From Mobula hypostoma (Eukaryota), in assembly GCF_963921235.1 (NCBI RefSeq), contig NC_086108.1:28274001-28338000 (forward strand): a stretch of 64,000 nucleotides of DNA. The letters run 5' to 3'. Below the pieces are notes generated by a model that was given only the letters and a program-made list of their open reading frames with translations, had not been told where the DNA came from and did not search any database. Position 1 is the stretch's first letter, and every line of letters starts with the position of its first letter. A program made the position numbers and the translations under genes. This document shows, piece by piece, positions 12,871-24,260 of this stretch.

Positions 12871-13961
12871 TGAAATTGTCCTGTGGATTCAGGATTTTCT
12901 ACCTTTGCTGCTGTACCCTCAAACTGCTACTATCCTCTTCCACCTCCTCTTTCATTCCTCTGCCTTTAGACTGTAAGACCATTAGACATAGGAGCAGAAT
13001 TTGGCTATCTGGCCCATCGAGTCTGCTCCACCATTCCTTCATGACTGATTTATTGCCCCTCTCAACTCTATTCTTCTGCTTTCTCCCCATTATCTTTGAC
13101 AACCTGACTCCTCAAGAACTTATCAAGCTCCGCTTCAAATCTACCCAATGAACTGAACTCCACGGCCATCTGTGACAATGAATTACATAGATTCACCACC
13201 TTCTGGCTAAAGAAATTCCTTCTCATCTCTTTTCAAAAGGGACAGCCCTCCATTGTGAGGCTGTGCCCCTGATCCTAAACTCCCCAACTATTGTATTGGA
13301 AACATCCTCCAAATCCACTCTGTCTAGGCCTTTCAGTATTCAATAGGTTTCAATGTGATCCCCCTTCATTTTCCTAAACTCAGGTGAGTACTGGCTCACA
13401 ACCGTCAAATGCTTCTCATACATTAACCCTTTCTTTCCTGGAATCATTCTCCCAAACCTCCTCTGGACTCTCTCCAATGTCAGCACATCTTTTTTCAGAT
13501 AAGGGACCCAAAACTGCTCACAATACTCTGTGTGGTCTGACCAAGTGCCTTATAAAACCTCAGCATTACATCCTCGCTTTTGTATTCTAGTCCTCTCAAA
13601 ATGAATGCTAACATTGCATTTGCCTTCCTCACCACCGACTCAATCTGCAAGTTAACCTTTAGGGAATCCTGCGTGAGGATTCCCAAGTCCCTCTGTGGTA
13701 CCTCTGATTTCTGAATTTACTCCCCATTTAGCAAATAGTCTACACCTTTAATCCTTCTACCACGGCATAACCATGCACTTTCCTGAACTATATTCCAACT
13801 GCCACTTCTTTGCCAATTTTCCCAATCTGTCTAATTCCGTCTGCAGACACCCTGCTTCCTCAACACTATATGCCCCTCCACCTATCTTTGTATCATCAAC
13901 CTTGGAGGTCCTGTCCTTTAACTTAGCACCTAACTCCCTGAACTCACTTTGCAAGACTTTT

Positions 13962-15997
13962 GCAAGAGGATAAGACATGAGAGAATAGAACCAATCAAGT
14001 GTGACAGTGGAAAAGTGTGTATGGAACTGGAGGAGATGGCACAGGTACTTAATGAATACTTTGCTTGAGTATTCACTATGGAAAAGGATCTTGGTGATTG
14101 TAGGGACACACATCAAAGTTGCTGGTGAACGCAGCAGGCCAGGCAGCATCTCTAGGAAGAGGTACAGTCGACGTTTCGGGCCGAGACCCTTCGTCAAGTC
14201 CTGACGAAGGGTCTCGGCCTGAAATGTCGATTGTACCTCTTCTTAGAGATGCTGCCTGGCCTGCTGCGTTCACCAGCAACTTGGATGTGTGTTGCTTGAA
14301 TTTCCAGCATCTGCAGAATTCCTCATGTTTGGTGATTGTAGGGATGACTTGCAGTGGACTGAAAAGCTTGAGAATGTAGATATTAAGGAAGAGGATGTTC
14401 TGGAGCTTTTGGACAGCATCAACTTGGATAAGTCACTGGGACCGGATGGGATGTATCCCAGGCTACTGTGGGAAGTGAGGGAGCAGATTGCTGAAGCCTC
14501 TGGTAATGATCTTTGTATCATCAATGAGGACAGGAGAGGTTCCAGAGGATTGGAGGGTTGCAGATATTGTTCCCTTATTCAGGAAAGGGAGTAGGGATAG
14601 CCCAGGAAATTATAGACCAGTAAGTCTTACTTCAGTGGTTGGTCAGTTGATGGAGAAGATCCTGAGAGGCAGAATTTATGAACATTTGGAGAGATATAAT
14701 ATGATTATGAATAGTCAGCATGGCTTTGTCAAAGGCAGGTCGTGCCTTATGAGCCAGATTGAATTTCTTGAGGATGTGACTAAACACATTGATGAAGGTA
14801 GAGCCGTAGATGTAGTGAATATTGATTTTAGCAAGGCATTTGATAAGGTACCCCATGCAAGGCTTATTGAGAAAGTAAGGAGGAATGGGATCCAAAGGGA
14901 CATTGCTGTGTAGATCCAGAACTGGCCTGCCTACAGAAAGCAAAGAGTTGTTGTAGACGGGTCATATTCTACATGGAGGTTGGTGACCAGTGGTGTGCCT
15001 CAGGGATCTGTTCCGGGGCCCCTACTCTTTGTGATTTTTATAAATGACCTGGATGAGGAAGTGAATGGATTGGTTAGTAAATTTGCTAATGACACAAATG
15101 TTGGGAGTGTTGATAGTGTGGAGGGCTGTCAGAGGTTACAGCGAGACATTGATAGGATGTAAAACTGGGCTGAGAAGTGGTAGATGGAGTTCAACCCAGA
15201 TAAGTGTGAGGTAGTTCATTTTGGTAAGTCAAAGATGATGGCAGAATATAGCATTGATGGCAAGACTCTTGGCAGAGTGAAGGATCAGAGGGATCTTAGG
15301 GTCCGAGTCCATAGAACACTCAAAGCTGCTACGCAGGTTGACTCTATGGTTAAGAAGGCATACGGTGCATTGGCCTTCATCAATCATGGGTTTGAGTTTA
15401 AGAGCTGAGAGGTAATGTTGCAGCTATATAGGTCCCTGGTCAGACCCTACTTGGAGTACTGTGCTCAATTCTGGTCGCCTCACTACAGGAAGGACGTGGA
15501 AACCATAGAAAGAGTGCAGGGGATATTTACAAGAATGTTGCCTGGATTGGGGAGCATGCCTTATGAGAATAGCTTGAGTGAACTTGGACATTTCTCCTTG
15601 GAGCGACAGAGGATGAGAGGTGACCTGATAGAGCTGTACAAGATAATGATAGGCATTGATCGTGTGGATAGTCAGAGGCTTTTTCCCAGGGCTGAAATGG
15701 CTGGCTTGAGAGGGCATAATTTTAAGGAGCTTGGAAGTAGGTACAGAGAAGATGTCAGGGGTAAGTTTTTTACGCAGAGAGTGGTGAGTGCATGGAACAG
15801 GTTGCCAGCGGCGGTGGTGGAGGTGGATACGATAGGGTCTTTTAAGAGACTCCTGGATGGATACATGGAGCTTAGAAAAGTAGAGGGCTATGGGTACCCC
15901 CTAGCTAGTTCTAAGGTAAGGACACGTTTGGCACAGCTTTGTGGGTCGAAGCGCCTCTGTTGTGGTGCAGGTTTTCTATGTTTCTATCCATCTATCC
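13962..15997 (+). mobile_element. CR1 LINE, 5'-truncated, nested in an opposite-strand CR1
   Basis: RT motifs NYRPVSLTS, DFSKAFDKVPH, GVPQGSV and RPYLEYCAQFWSP; tail TTTCTATGTTTCTAT. Confidence 0.93.
14107..14328 (+). mobile_element. Fold-back Penelope-like mini-insertion with 16-bp TSD and hammerhead-like motifs on both strands
   Basis: TTGGTGATTGTAGGGA at 14091-14106 and 14329-14344; about 90-bp inverted arms centred at about 14197. Confidence 0.9.
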
Positions 15998-17039
15998 ATC
16001 CCTCCCATGTCATTGGTACCAACAGGGACCACGATCTCTGGCTGCTCACCCTCCCACTTAAGAATGCTGTGGACTCGATCCGAAATGTACCTGATCCTGG
16101 CACCCAGGAGACAACAAACCATCCAGGAATCTTGTTCATGTCCACAGAACCTCCTTTCTATTCCCCTAACCAACTAATCCCCAATCACTACAGTTTGCCT
16201 GTTCTCCCCATTTCCCTTCTGAATCACAGAGTCCGTCTCAGTGCTAGAGACTTGACCACTGTGGTTTTCCTCTGCTAGGTCATCCCACCCAACAGTATCC
16301 AAAGCAGTATACCTGTTATTGAGGGGAATGGCCACAGAGATACTCTGCACTGGCGGCCTATTCCCTTTTACCCTTGTAACAGTCACACAGTTACCTGTTT
16401 CTAACACCTTGGGTGTAAGTATCTCCTTGTATGTCCTGTCTATCAACCCCTTGGCCTCCTGCATGATCCGGAGTTCATCCAGTTCCAGATCCAACTCCTT
16501 AACACGTTCTGTTAGAAGCTGCAGCTGGATGCTCTTCTTGCAGTTGTAGTCATCAGGGACATTGGAAGTCTCCCTGAATTTCTCACATCCCACAAGAGGA
16601 GCATTCCACTATCCTGCCTGGCATCCCCACTGCTCTAAATGTGCAATAAAGAAGAAAGAAAAAGTAAATAAATAATGGGAAAAAAATCTAGCTGTGGTCT
16701 ATTGTTCTCCTTGGGGAAGCCTCGATGAGCCAAACCCTCAACTCCCCACTCCAACACTGGTCCTTGCCAGGTGCCTAACTATGCAGAATCCAATGTCTGC
16801 TCAGGGACTGTGGCGTGCAAAATGTGCCGACTGCCCCCTCTCACTTTTAAACTCTCTCTCCCTCTATTCAATCCTGTGTCTCCTCGGGCTGTGGCACCAA
16901 TGTGCCGACTTCTCGCCTGCTTCGTTTAAACTCTCTCTCGCACTACACAACCCGGTGTTTCCTTGGGACTGTGGCAGGCAAAATGTACCTGATGTTTGCT
17001 TCTGCATCACCAACTGTGGGTGAATTCTATGATATTATC

Positions 17040-17525
17040 ATTGCTTCTGAAGAGTCACTGATCAATTCTGGTTCATTGCACAACACCAAATCCAGAACGC
17101 CCTTTCCCCAGTAGATATGACCAGACTACAAGCTGCTTTAAAGGCATTCCACCAATTTATTCTCTTGGGATCCAGTACCAACCTGATATTCCCATTCTAC
17201 CTGCATACTGAAGTTCTCCATGATCACCACAATATTACCTTTCTCCTGTTGTAATTTGTACCCCCAATATATTGGCTATTCTTCAGTGGCCTTTATAGAG
17301 CTCCCAGTTTGGCCTTTTTTCCCTTACAGCTTCTTAACTCCTCCCACAAGAATTTAACATCTTCTGATCCCATGTCACTTCTTGCTAAGGATTTGATTTC
17401 ATTTTTTTTACCAACTGAGTCGCCCCACCCTCTGCACATCTGCCTGTCTTTATAATAGGATGTGTATCCTTGGATGTTTATCTCCCAGCTGTGATCTTCC
17501 TTCAGCAACAATTCTGTGATGCCCA
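17040..17525 (-). mobile_element. CR1 endonuclease-region fragment
   Basis: ORF GITELLLKEDHSWEINIQGYTSY...LWEELRSCKGKK. Confidence 0.8.
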
Positions 17526-18567
17526 TGCTGTGCCTACTCTAACTGTACTATACACTCATCTACTTTGTTTCGTATACAAAGTGCCTTCAAATATGACGCC
17601 TTCAGTTTCATATTCACCATCCTTTCTCTCAAATTTGTCTCTATGTTGCCTGGTCAAATTCTTAAGCTTAACCTTCTGTCCTTATTTTTATTCTGGAGAC
17701 TTCAGTAACCTCTCTTGCATTCTCCTTTTCCTTTATCCACACTTTACCGATCTGTTAAACGTACCCCCTCTACTATTTACATTGAAGCCCTATTCATATC
17801 TCTAATTCTGCAATTCACTTGGACCCTGATCCACTGACCAAATCTGAAATGCCCAGTCATTTGGATGGCTTGAACAGATCCCTGAAACACACACAAATCC
17901 TCCTCAGGATAAAGGAGGGTGCATGGTGCTGGCAGTGAGTGCTGGTATTGCCTGATGTCACCCACTCCATGATATAACACGCACTTCCTGAGTTCATCAT
18001 TGGATGTGGGATGTATTCCTCATTGTGATATGTGCTGGTGTCAATGCATTTGTCGTTCTTGATTAACTTGAATCGCCTGCAGTGAATGGCTTACCAAGCC
18101 CCTTCTCGGTATTCTGATTAGCAGGTACATTGAATGGTGAAAGCAGAGAGACAAGCTGACAATGGAGTGACGAGTGACAGCCAACCCTCAGCATAATGTG
18201 GCACTTGGGATAGTGCCTGGTGCCTGACCACAAGCTCTAGTGAAGTGCAGGAGGAGAGTGGCCTGTTGAGGATTGGGCTCTCAATTGCGCTGACCTCCTT
18301 GATGGATGGATGAATGGTTAAAAGCTCTACTGCTAACAAGGCAGATTGACTGGGCACTCCATTATTGGCTGACCAGCCTGGAGAGCAAGTGTTTCAAATC
18401 AGGCAGGCCTCTCGACTGCTTGTTCTTCTGCAGCCATCTGTTCATCCAACTGTTGAATTAAACCTTGCAAGACTTTAAATTTTAAACACAAGGGCTCCAT
18501 AGTTTCTCCCTACTGCAAACAATTTTCCTTCCCTAATTTCCTGTACATTCATATTTCCCTGGCAGAG

Positions 18568-19247
18568 TGATACGTTTTTTGGCCCCCTGGCCACCCTCAG
18601 GGTCGCTCAGCTCGCTGTCGTCTAGGGAAACAGTCCTCGGCCCCGGCAAACTGGGTAATCAGTTTGTGTGGATGCTGTGTGATGTACCCCCCCCCAAATA
18701 ACAGACAATACACCAGATACGATTAAATGATTTGCAGTTTATAGATATTACTGGAACTATATAATTAATAGAGAATAAAATATAAAAGGAAAATAAAAGG
18801 CGCCACACTTATCAAAGTTCAATCTCTTCGTGCACAGACAGTTGGACCCTTCTTCTTCACCCTACGACCCCTCGGACCTCCTCGACCGGCCGCCTGGGAC
18901 CAACAACGCTGGTCAACCAGACACTCCGCACAAGTCTGTCTCCGTCTCCTCACCTCGCTCGGGGTCCGACTCCATTAGCGGACTCACAGCACCTGGTCCA
19001 TCCTCTGTCTCTCTCTCCCGCCTTCTCCCCAAAACCCCGCGCATACAATATCTTACAGATACACCAAAAACATAACAACTATCGCAATTGGTTCATAACA
19101 TCTTCTTATCAGTAACATGATTCAAACAAACTGCTAGTGGGAAGGACTTTCTCAGCAGTTAACATAACAAAGAAGCCCTTTCAATTATAACATAACAAAG
19201 GAGTCATTTTAATTAGACTACGCAATGACACAAAAAAAACCCTTACA
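18568..19247. mobile_element. Solo LTR-like element (680 bp)
   Basis: TG...CA termini (TGATACG...CTTACA); flanks AGAG/AAAG (4-bp TSD, one mismatch); CpG-rich relative to flanks. Confidence 0.6.
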
Positions 19248-19304
19248 AAAGATTTATTGAATGGTGTAGCAGGCATGAGGGGGTGAGTGGCCCACTCCTG
19301 TGTG

Positions 19305-20242
19305 ATAGGGCAACATGGTAGTGTAGCGGTGAGCACTTCACTTCACGGCACCACTGATCATCGATCAGAGTTCAATACCCGTCACTATCTGTAATGAGTT
19401 TGTACGTTGTCCCTGAGACCAAGTGAGATTGCTCCAGACGTTCCAGGTTCATCGCACATTAGAAATATATACAGGTTAGAGTTGGTAAATTGTGAATATG
19501 GTGCTAGTGTCAGAAGCATGGCAACACTTGTGGGCTGCCGAGCACAATCCTCACTCATTTATCTTGACATAACTGACACATTTCACTGTATGTTTTGATG
19601 TACTATACGCAGACATCCCACTCTGCAAAAACTCATTTCAGGGAGGTAGCACCATCAATTTGCAGGAGACTCCCGGAACTTCCGGGAGAGGTGGGATGTC
19701 TGCAATAGAGTAGATCCTGAGCAGCTAGCCAGCTAGTTTAAATAACGTTAGCTATGCTAATGAACAAATGACACCTGTTAAACTCACCTCAACATGTCTT
19801 TTACAGTCTTAACCCACCATGGGCAATAGAAAAGTCACTGTTGCAAACAGTGCAGCGAGCAACACTGTCATTATTTTTGACCCCTATTAGGCAGGGGTAC
19901 ACTTTAGTGTAGTCTGGGGTGGCCTACGTTTTATATTTTCGTTTTTTGGAACACTCTGCCATAGCGCGCTCTCGCTTGCACGCTCCCTCTCTCTTGTGGT
20001 CGCTCTCGCGCTCTCTCTTGCTCGCTCGCTCGCGCGCTCTCGCATTCCCTCGCTCGCACGCTCTCGCTTTCTTGGTCTCGCTCTCTCGCTTGCTCGCTCT
20101 CAAAAAAATTGATTTCCAGAATATTGTATATAATTTGCGGGCATCAGGGAACCACTATTTATATGCGGGAGACTCCCAGAACTTCTGGGAGAGGTGGGAT
20201 GTCTACTATACGTGTAGATGTGACAAACAAAGCGAACCTTTG
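19305..20242 (+). mobile_element. tRNA-derived SINE split by a DNA element
   Basis: A-box-like TGGTAGTGTAGCGG and B-box-like GAGTTCAATACC; the tail TTTCACTGTATGTTTTGATG resumes after 20212 as ATGTGACAAACAAAG. Confidence 0.7.
19610..20205. mobile_element. Non-autonomous TIR element (P- or hAT-like) with 7-bp TSD and a duplicated right end
   Basis: CAGACATCCCAC...GTGGGATGTCTA termini; CTATACG at 19603-19609 and 20206-20212; second right end ending at 19702; internal CTCG/CTCT microsatellite. Confidence 0.75.
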
Positions 20243-20479
20243 TATTTTCCCCTTCCTAGGCAGTGCCTCCCTCAGGTTTGAGATGACTTCCTTGCACTTG
20301 GTGTTTTGAGCAGCAGAATTTACCCATGCTTGAACTTTTTCACAGTGCTTAAGGGGACTGTGATTTGGTGGAAAAGACTCGTCAACTAAAACTTTTGTTC
20401 GTTACAGGACATATAGGTAGAAATATGCAAATCAGTCTGTTCTGGCAATTAGACCACTTTAGAGCAAATTACAGCAGCA

Positions 20480-20960
20480 TAATGGCACAGCAAGTAGAGC
20501 ATCAATTCTGACTTATGCTGCTGCCTCTGTGAAGTTTGTGCATTCTCCAGTAAATCAGTAAATGTGTGTGTTTCGTCCAGATGCTCCAGTTTCCTCCCAT
20601 ATCCCAAAGGCATGCAGATTGCAGGTTAATAGGGCACTGTAAATTTGTGTAGCACTTCATAAAATCCACAGCTTAGAAGATGGTCACATGGTCAAAATGC
20701 GTAGTATGCTATAGAGTACAGGTGACCTGGCTTCCCACCGCTTTCTGTAAGGAGTTTGTACGTTCTCCCAGTGACCGTGTGGGCTTCTTCCAGCTGCTCT
20801 GGCTTTTCCCCACAGTCCAAAGACAAACCAGTTGGTAGGTTAATTGGATATTGTAAATTGTCCTGTGATTATGCTGGGACTAAAATCGGGGGATTGCTGG
20901 GCAGCGTGGCTCGAAGGGCCAGAAGAGCCTATTGCATGCTATATCTCAATAAAATAAAAT
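20480..20960 (+). mobile_element. Two tandem degenerate SINE copies
   Basis: Core GGAGTTTGTACGTTCTCCC...TGCTCCAGTTTCCTCCCA shared with 19305 and 48830; tail CTCAATAAAATAAA. Confidence 0.65.
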
Positions 20961-21462
20961 CCTCCCTGTCAATGTTTGTATGATGTATGAATCTCTTCCC
21001 ACTTTACTCTGATGCAGCCATATTCTCCTCATATGCCTATTGAATAGCCTTCCCAGAGATATGGCAGTTCCAGTGGTTTCAACCACACAACATTTTCAGG
21101 ACACACTATTTCCCTCTTCCAGAGTAAAACATTCTCACTTGCTTAGTGCTTCCTGACAGTGGGTTTTAACTTTGGCAATATTCTTGTAAACTTTTCCCAT
21201 CCCACCCATGCTCTGATTGCCTTTTGGTAGAATGGAGACCACAGATGCCTACAATTAAGATTACATGGGCATGGGCAGGGTCAACTTTTCTCGGCAGCTT
21301 CCTATGTTTCTGTGCATTTGAATTGCCATACCAGACTATGATGCAACCAGTCAAGGTACATTCAACAGTACAGTTTGTTAGAGTATTCAATGTTCAAAAC
21401 TCCTTACCCTCCTAACAAAGTAAAAAAAAAATGCTTGTATGCTTTCTTTTTGATTGCATATA

Positions 21463-22109
21463 TAATCAGTAGCCACTTTATTAGGTATAGGAGTACAACC
21501 CAGTGTGACCTTCTGCTGCTGTAGCCCATCCACTTCAAGGTTCATTCAGCGATGTTCTTCTGCACATCACTGTTGTAACATGTGGTGGTTTGAGTTAGTG
21601 TCACCTTCCTGTGTCAGCTTGAACCTGTCTGGCCATTCTCCTCTGAGCTCTCTTATTAAAAAGGCATTTTCACCCACAGAACAGCTGCTCACTGGATTTT
21701 TGTTTTGTTTTTCGCATTATTATTGTTGTTTGTTGCACTATCCTCTGTAGACTCTAGATCAGGGCTTTCCAATCTTTTTGATGCTATGGACCCTAACCAT
21801 TAACCGTGGGATCCGTGGACCTCCAATTGGGAACCCCTGATCTAGAGACTGTTGTACAAGGAAATCCCAGGAGCTTATCAGTTTCTGAGACATTCAAATC
21901 ACCTTGTCTGGCACCAACAATTACTCCATGGTCAAAGTCGCTTAGATCACATTTTTCCCCTTTCCGATGTTTGGTCTGAATAACATCTGAACCTCTTGAC
22001 CACGTCTGCATGCTTTTGTGCATTGAGTTACTGCCACATGATTGGCTGATTAGGTATTTGCGTTAATGAGCAGGTGTACAGGCGTATCTAATAAAGTGGC
22101 CACTGAGTG
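21463..22109 (-). mobile_element. Non-autonomous Tc1-like element with residual transposase N-terminus
   Basis: TIRs TCAGTAGCCACTTTATTAG / CTAATAAAGTGGCCACTGAGTG + TA; ORF 21793-22023 DLSDFDHGVIVGAR..SETDKLLG..TTVSR. Same end seen at 54753. Confidence 0.85.
21760..21839. mobile_element. 80-bp hAT/Charlie-type MITE
   Basis: CAGGGCTTTCCAA...TTGGGAACCCCTG flanked by CTCTAGAT / ATCTAGAG (NTCTAGAN-type target). Confidence 0.8.
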
Positions 22110-23439
22110 TATGTATGTGCTGCACCTAGAACAGGTCATCTGATATGTTAATACCCAGGAATTTGAAGCTGCTAACTTTGTCCACTGCCAATCCCCCAAT
22201 CTAGACTGGTTTATGTTCACCCTTCTTCGACCTCCTAGAGTTAACAATCAGCTCTTTAGCTTTGGTGGCATTGAGCAACGGGTTGTTGTTACTCAACCAG
22301 GTGACCTGCTGTACCACAATCCAGTAAGTTGACTCATCATCACCTGTGATTCATCCAAGGTGCTACCAGTGAATTTGAAGAGGGCATGAGAACTGTGTTT
22401 GGCCATGCAGTCATGTGTGTGTAGAGTGCAGAACAGGCAGCCAGGCATTCAGCATTGAGACATACCTGTGTTGATGGTCCACAAGGAGGAGATGCTGTTA
22501 CCAATTCTTACTGATTCATGTCTGCCAATGAGGAAGTCAAGTGTCCAGTTGCAGAGCGAGGTACTGGGCCCCAGGTCTTGAAGCTGGATGCTGTATTTGG
22601 ATGGGCTGATTGCTTTTAATGCTGAGCAGTAGTCAGTGAACAGCAACCTGACATGAATTCCTATTGTCCAGCTGGTCTAGAGCAGAGTGAAGAGCCAGAT
22701 AAATCACATCTGCTGTTTACCTGTTGTGCTACTAGGCAAATTGGAGAAGATCCAGGTCATCTCTGCGGGAGGATTTGATGCATGCCATAACTAACTTCTC
22801 AAAGCAGTTGATATAAGTGCCACTGAATGGTGGTCATTAAGGCAGGTCACCATGCTCTTCTTGGGCACCAGTACAATAGACGCCTTCTTGAAACAGTTGG
22901 GATCCTCAGAGCATAGAAACAAGAGGTTAAATCTGGCCATAACTATTCCGCACAGTTTGTCCAATGAGATTTTTAATACTCAACCAGGTACACCATCTGG
23001 ACCAGGTGCCTTTTGGTGCCTCTCTTGGAGGATGCCCGGGCATCAGCCTCGGAGACTGAAATTACAGATTAGAGATGTGGTGGCTTGTTTAGGTGCATCA
23101 AGTTCTCCCTGTCAAAGCCTGCATAAAACGGGTTGAGTTCATTCAGAAGTGAAAGGTCATTGCCACTTATGCTACCTGATCTCGCCTTGTAGGAAGTTAC
23201 ATTGTGTAAACCGTACCACAGATGTCAAGCATCTGTCTATTATTCTAGTTGAGTCTGAAATTAACCTCTTTGCACTCACAGTAGCCTTCCAGAGGTCATA
23301 CCTGGGCTCGTTATATAACTCCTGGTCACCAGCCCTACACACCATGTTTCAACTCCAGTGTGTAAAAACAAAGCCACTGAATTTTTTTTTTCATTGTATG
23401 TACTATTGATTATTTCTTTGTTTTCTTTATGTCCTTTAG

Positions 23440-24260
23440 GTGCACTAAGTGAGGATCCAAAATTCCCAAAGATTCAATGGCCACCTCCAGACATGTGTGC
23501 GGACTGTCACAATGAGATCAATGGGCACCATGAGTGGATTTTAGATGCAGTGATGAACTTCCTCAATGTACATTATTCTCCAGATAATATAGACTACAGT
23601 TATCTTAAAGAGGAGGAGGAACTCCGGAAGAAGCAGCAGAAGGTGGAAGAAGATACTTGGCAGGGTCAAGAGAGGACTGTCCCAGAAGAAGAGTGGAAGA
23701 AAGACATAGATGAAGACAAGGGCAAGCAAGAAAAAGAAAAAAGCACAGAACAATCAATGATGAATGAAGAACGTCAAGTCAACCAAAGGAGTGTAAGGAG
23801 AATCAGAAGTCAAAAGAGGAGTTTTGTCAAGTGGAAACACACTGCTAGGAGGGATGTAGAAGATATTGTCGACCTGGACTTGTTTGTGAATGAACAATAC
23901 AAAAAACAAGCTTTGAAGGGCAGGGCTGAAAATGAGAGAGCCAGCATGATGAGCAAGAAATACCGTGGACCCCAACTGCACCTACAGTCCATTGATGAAT
24001 CCGGAGAGTCTAAGGAGATGCTGCAAAATTGGGTAGTCTGGGGTGGAGATAATGTCATTGCCAAGAAAAAATGGATTGGTCTGAGGGGGATGAACTTCTC
24101 CCGCATGGATACTGGCCTTTGTATTATGTTGTATTTCCTGACCGCTTTGTCTCTATTGTCATTGTACCTCTATTTCAAAATGATGTTTCGGTGTTGGAAA
24201 TTGAAATATTGGTTCGCATCAGCCTGTATTGGCATTAAATATAGCAGGGAAAGGAAGTGA
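23440..24260 (+). CDS. QSOX1: Sulfhydryl oxidase 1, terminal coding exon (end of ERV/ALR domain, charged linker, C-terminal transmembrane helix)
   Basis: Polypyrimidine tract plus TTTAG acceptor at 23439, phase 1. Translation GALSEDPKFPKIQWPPPDMCADCH...EDIVDLDLF...FSRMDTGLCIMLYFL matches QSOX family motifs, and WPPPDMC, EDIVDLD and FSRxDxxLC resemble non-mammalian QSOX1 more than QSOX2 (from recall). Stop TGA at 24258-24260. No upstream QSOX exon was recognised in 1-23439. Confidence 0.93.

Larger units (their letters stand above)
12970..17000 (-). mobile_element. Internally deleted CR1 (5' region, ORF1 zinc finger/esterase joined directly to RT 3' half), interrupted by a nested + strand CR1
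   Basis: ORF 16174-16593 (VPDDYNCKKSIQLQLL...VVIGD) and ORF 15976-16173 (QPEIVVPVGTND); ORF 13757-14197 shows ELGAKLKDRTSK joined to DDTKIGG; 3' tail at about 12975. Confidence 0.8.
21240..23370 (-). mobile_element. Old Rex1/Babar-like LINE, interrupted by Tc1- and hAT-type elements
   Basis: Minus-strand ORFs MLFTDYCSAL..LCNWTLDFL and CTVECTLTGCIIVWYG. Confidence 0.8.

Noticed and set aside
14001..14379. Mirror ORFs MLVNAAGQAAS on both strands
   Set aside because: A consequence of the palindromic insertion, not coding.
17800..18470. Unique-looking segment as a gene or L1 remnant
   Set aside because: No frame gave a recognisable motif; left unassigned.
23358..23439. N-terminal part of the 300-aa ORF as a signal peptide
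   Set aside because: It is the intronic polypyrimidine tract; homology starts at the AG acceptor at 23439.
23440..24260. Assignment as QSOX2 (implying a downstream LHX3)
   Set aside because: WPPPDMC, EDIVDLD and FSRxD motifs fit QSOX1 better from recall; not formally excluded without a tree.
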